From NCBI RefSeq assembly GCF_009834535.1, contig NC_045716.1, forward strand, positions 24,614,001 to 24,678,000: 64,000 bases of DNA, given 5' to 3'. The position numbers were made by a program, and so were the translations under genes. Below, piece by piece: positions 61,872-64,000 of the stretch. Source of the DNA: Camelus ferus (taxonomy: Eukaryota). The notes beneath the pieces are model-generated. The model was not told the origin of the DNA. It worked only from the letters and a program-made list of their open reading frames with translations, and made no database searches. Positions within the stretch are counted from its first letter, which is position 1. Each line of letters begins with the position of its first letter.

Positions 61872-61911
61872 GTAGAGGGAGCACTTTTTTACATAAATCA
61901 ATAATCAGGGT

Positions 61912-62047
61912 GGAGGAGGGTATAGCTCAGTGGTAGAGCGCATGCTTAGCATGCACAAGGTCCTGGGTTCAATCCCCAGTACCTCCATTAAAATAAATAA
62001 ATAAACAAACCTAATTACCTCCTCCCTCAAAAAAGTTTTTTTTTTTT
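61912..62047 (+). mobile_element. tRNA-Ala(AGC)-derived SINE with near-intact tRNA head
   Basis: A box TAGCTCAGTGG 61923-61933; B box GTTCAATCC 61967-61975; head 61916-61987; A-rich tail and CCTAATTACCTCC; possible TSD TAATCAG. Confidence 0.9.
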
Positions 62048-63073
62048 TAATCAGCATTTTCATATTTCATGTAGTGGGCAAGAGGGTATCTCTGGGTTGG
62101 GTAGTTTTTGGAGCAAAGAGGAACTGAGGAGAAGTTGCTATCCCAGCTCCAGCTGTCTAAGGAAGCTTCCTGGAAGAGTTTGGGGCGGGGATGGTTTTGG
62201 TGCCTCTAATCTGAAGTTACTTATCGGAACCAATCTATGATTCAGATCCCCAGGGCGCACACTTCCCCTCTCTAGCCTACAGGAAGCCCCTCCTAGGATC
62301 TTTCTGTTGTGGTTTGGGATTGTGTAAAGTTCAGTGGAGTTCTTGGTGGAGAAAGACTGCTTTCTCACTGGTATTTCTCCTCTAGGGTCATAATATTGGC
62401 TCTCTGCAGTTTCATTCTTCACCCCAAACGCTCTATGGGTGTTCATCGTTTTGCCCTTGGGGTGAGGCAGAGAGAAGGTAGCCCTAAAGGTACAAGCCCT
62501 GAACAGCCAAGGGGTGGGGCTAGGCTAGGACAGAGGAATGACTCTTGTCCTGGCTGCGGTGGGCCAACCACAGGATGAGCTAAAGAGCGTGCTCTTAGTA
62601 ACCATTAGTTTAGTTGTAACATTTCTTCCTCCATCTCTTTTCCTTCTTTCTCCTTTTGCTCTTCCTTTCTCTCTGCCTTTCCTCCTTTCCTTGTCCTTAC
62701 TCTTTCAGGGAAGCTGACTCCACCCAGTGTCTTCACTCCCGCTGGAACCATCCCTCCCGAGCCTGGAAGCCCTGCACGTGCGCTGGTCCCACCTGGTCAC
62801 GGCAAGTTAGGGGTGAAAGAGCTCAGCCCGGGCCCTTTCTGTTTACCCGAGAGCTGTACTGCCCAGAGCCCAGAGGGACTGAACAGACACTAGCCACGCC
62901 TTCCACGCTACACCGGTTTTCCAAGACTTTTCTGGGTCTAGTTGCTTTCCGGCCTGATGACTTCCTTCTTATTGGATCATTCTCTCTTTCACATATCGAG
63001 CCTGGATTAGGTCAGTCCCTGAGGACAGTAAAGCCCGCTGGGACCCCTCAGCTGCCCCCCCCCCCCACTGACC

Positions 63074-63526
63074 ATGGAAGACCATCAGCCTGAGCATCCA
63101 GCCTCTACTAAAGACAGCACTGCAGACGCAGTCAGCCCAGAGAACCACGAGGTCCCGTCAGAAGCAGAGGAGCACCCTCAGGACAGGGATGCCAAAGATG
63201 CTGATGGGGCAGCTGGAGAACGGGAGCTGGCCGAGCAAAGTTCGCCGCTGGCCCAGGGCCAGGATAACCTCAAGCCCCTCTCACCTGACGCTAGCTCAAG
63301 CCAACCGGGGCCAGCTCAGGGGACGCAGCCCGAGGCAGAGACGGTGGGGGCCTGCTCCAGGCCGCAGGAGCTCCCCCAGTCCCCCAGAGCCCGACAGCCT
63401 GAGCTAGACTTCTACTGTGTAAAGTGGATCCCCTGGAAGGGAGAACGGACACCCATCATCACCCAGAGCGCTAACGGCCCGTGCCCTCTCCTCGCCATCA
63501 TGAACATCCTCCTTCTTCAGTGGAAG
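63074..63526 (+). CDS. MINDY1: MINDY1 (FAM63A, K48 deubiquitinase) first coding exon; exon acceptor at 62708
   Basis: accATGG; MEDHQPEHP...DFYCVKWIPWKGERTPIITQSANGPCPLLAIMNILLLQWK|gtgaga; catalytic Q131 and C137 present; 453 nt. Confidence 0.95.
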
Positions 63527-63888
63527 GTGAGAGAGAATTTGGAAGGGGGGCTCAGAAAATGTTGCTCATTCTGATTTTCTCAAACCTGTCAAAACTTTCC
63601 AGATTATCCTTCCTACTCTTCCAGCTTGAACAAATGAGATAAGATATTCGTAAAAACAAAACAATTATCTGTCCTGCTCCTGTGTCTTCTACTCTCTAGC
63701 AAATGGGAATGCCTTGCAGTATCTCACATTCAGTCCTTTGTTCCAGTTGCCAAGGCCTTTTCCCCACCCCCACCCCCCACTGCTGGACAGCCCCCCTCCC
63801 CCACCCCTGCCTTTCTGAGGTTTCCTCCTTCAGTGCTGCGTGAAGGAAAGCACACGCCTGGCTGACTTTGATCACTCCTTGCCCCCAG

Positions 63889-63946
63889 GTGAAGCTGCCA
63901 CCTCAGAAGGAAGTGATCACATCAGATGAGCTCATGGCCCATCTTG
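63889..63946 (+). CDS. MINDY1: MINDY1 second coding exon (gene continues beyond the right edge)
   Basis: cag|GTG AAG CTG...CTT G|gtgagt; VKLPPQKEVITSDELMAHL; 58 nt. Confidence 0.94.
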
Positions 63947-64000
63947 GTGAGTGACTGGGCCTTGAAGAGGACTTACCCAAAAGGTTCCAGTGCTATCCAC

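Noticed and set aside
61916-61987. Call as a bona fide tRNA-Ala gene
   Set aside because: Stem mismatches, a SINE-type A-rich tail and two further related copies with TSDs in this window indicate a SINE; kept as a finding instead.

Overview
Mammalian genomic DNA, most likely a camelid: three copies of a tRNA-Ala(AGC)-derived SINE with an AATAAA..CCTAATTACCTCC tail are present (species call is inference from recall). The window is the compact cluster syntenic with human 1q21.3, in reverse orientation: GABPB2 (-, 3'-partial), MLLT11/AF1q (-), CDC42SE1 (+), C1orf56/MENT (-), BNIPL (-), PRUNE1 (-), MINDY1/FAM63A (+, 3'-partial). I traced all coding exons by hand through GT/AG boundaries. The five complete genes splice into intact frames: MLLT11 90 aa, CDC42SE1 79 aa, MENT 342 aa, BNIPL 356 aa, PRUNE1 453 aa. 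There are four CpG-island promoters, two of them head-to-head, four N gaps, and the usual MIR/L2/L1/LTR/hAT relics. I see no wholly new multi-gene system. The best second-look candidates are: (1) a TSD-flanked, poly(A)-tailed retroposed RNA fragment of unknown origin, sense-oriented in the post-stop intron of CDC42SE1, which could swap that gene's 3'UTR; (2) a solo LTR with TATA and AATAAA, sense-oriented just upstream of the MINDY1 ATG exon; (3) a degenerate thrombospondin type-1-like repeat in the poorly characterised MENT protein; (4) a rare GAG splice acceptor on PRUNE1 exon 2; (5) an 83-bp L1 tail giving PRUNE1 intron 3 a sense poly(A) signal. Repeat family names and comparisons to human come from recall, not database searches.
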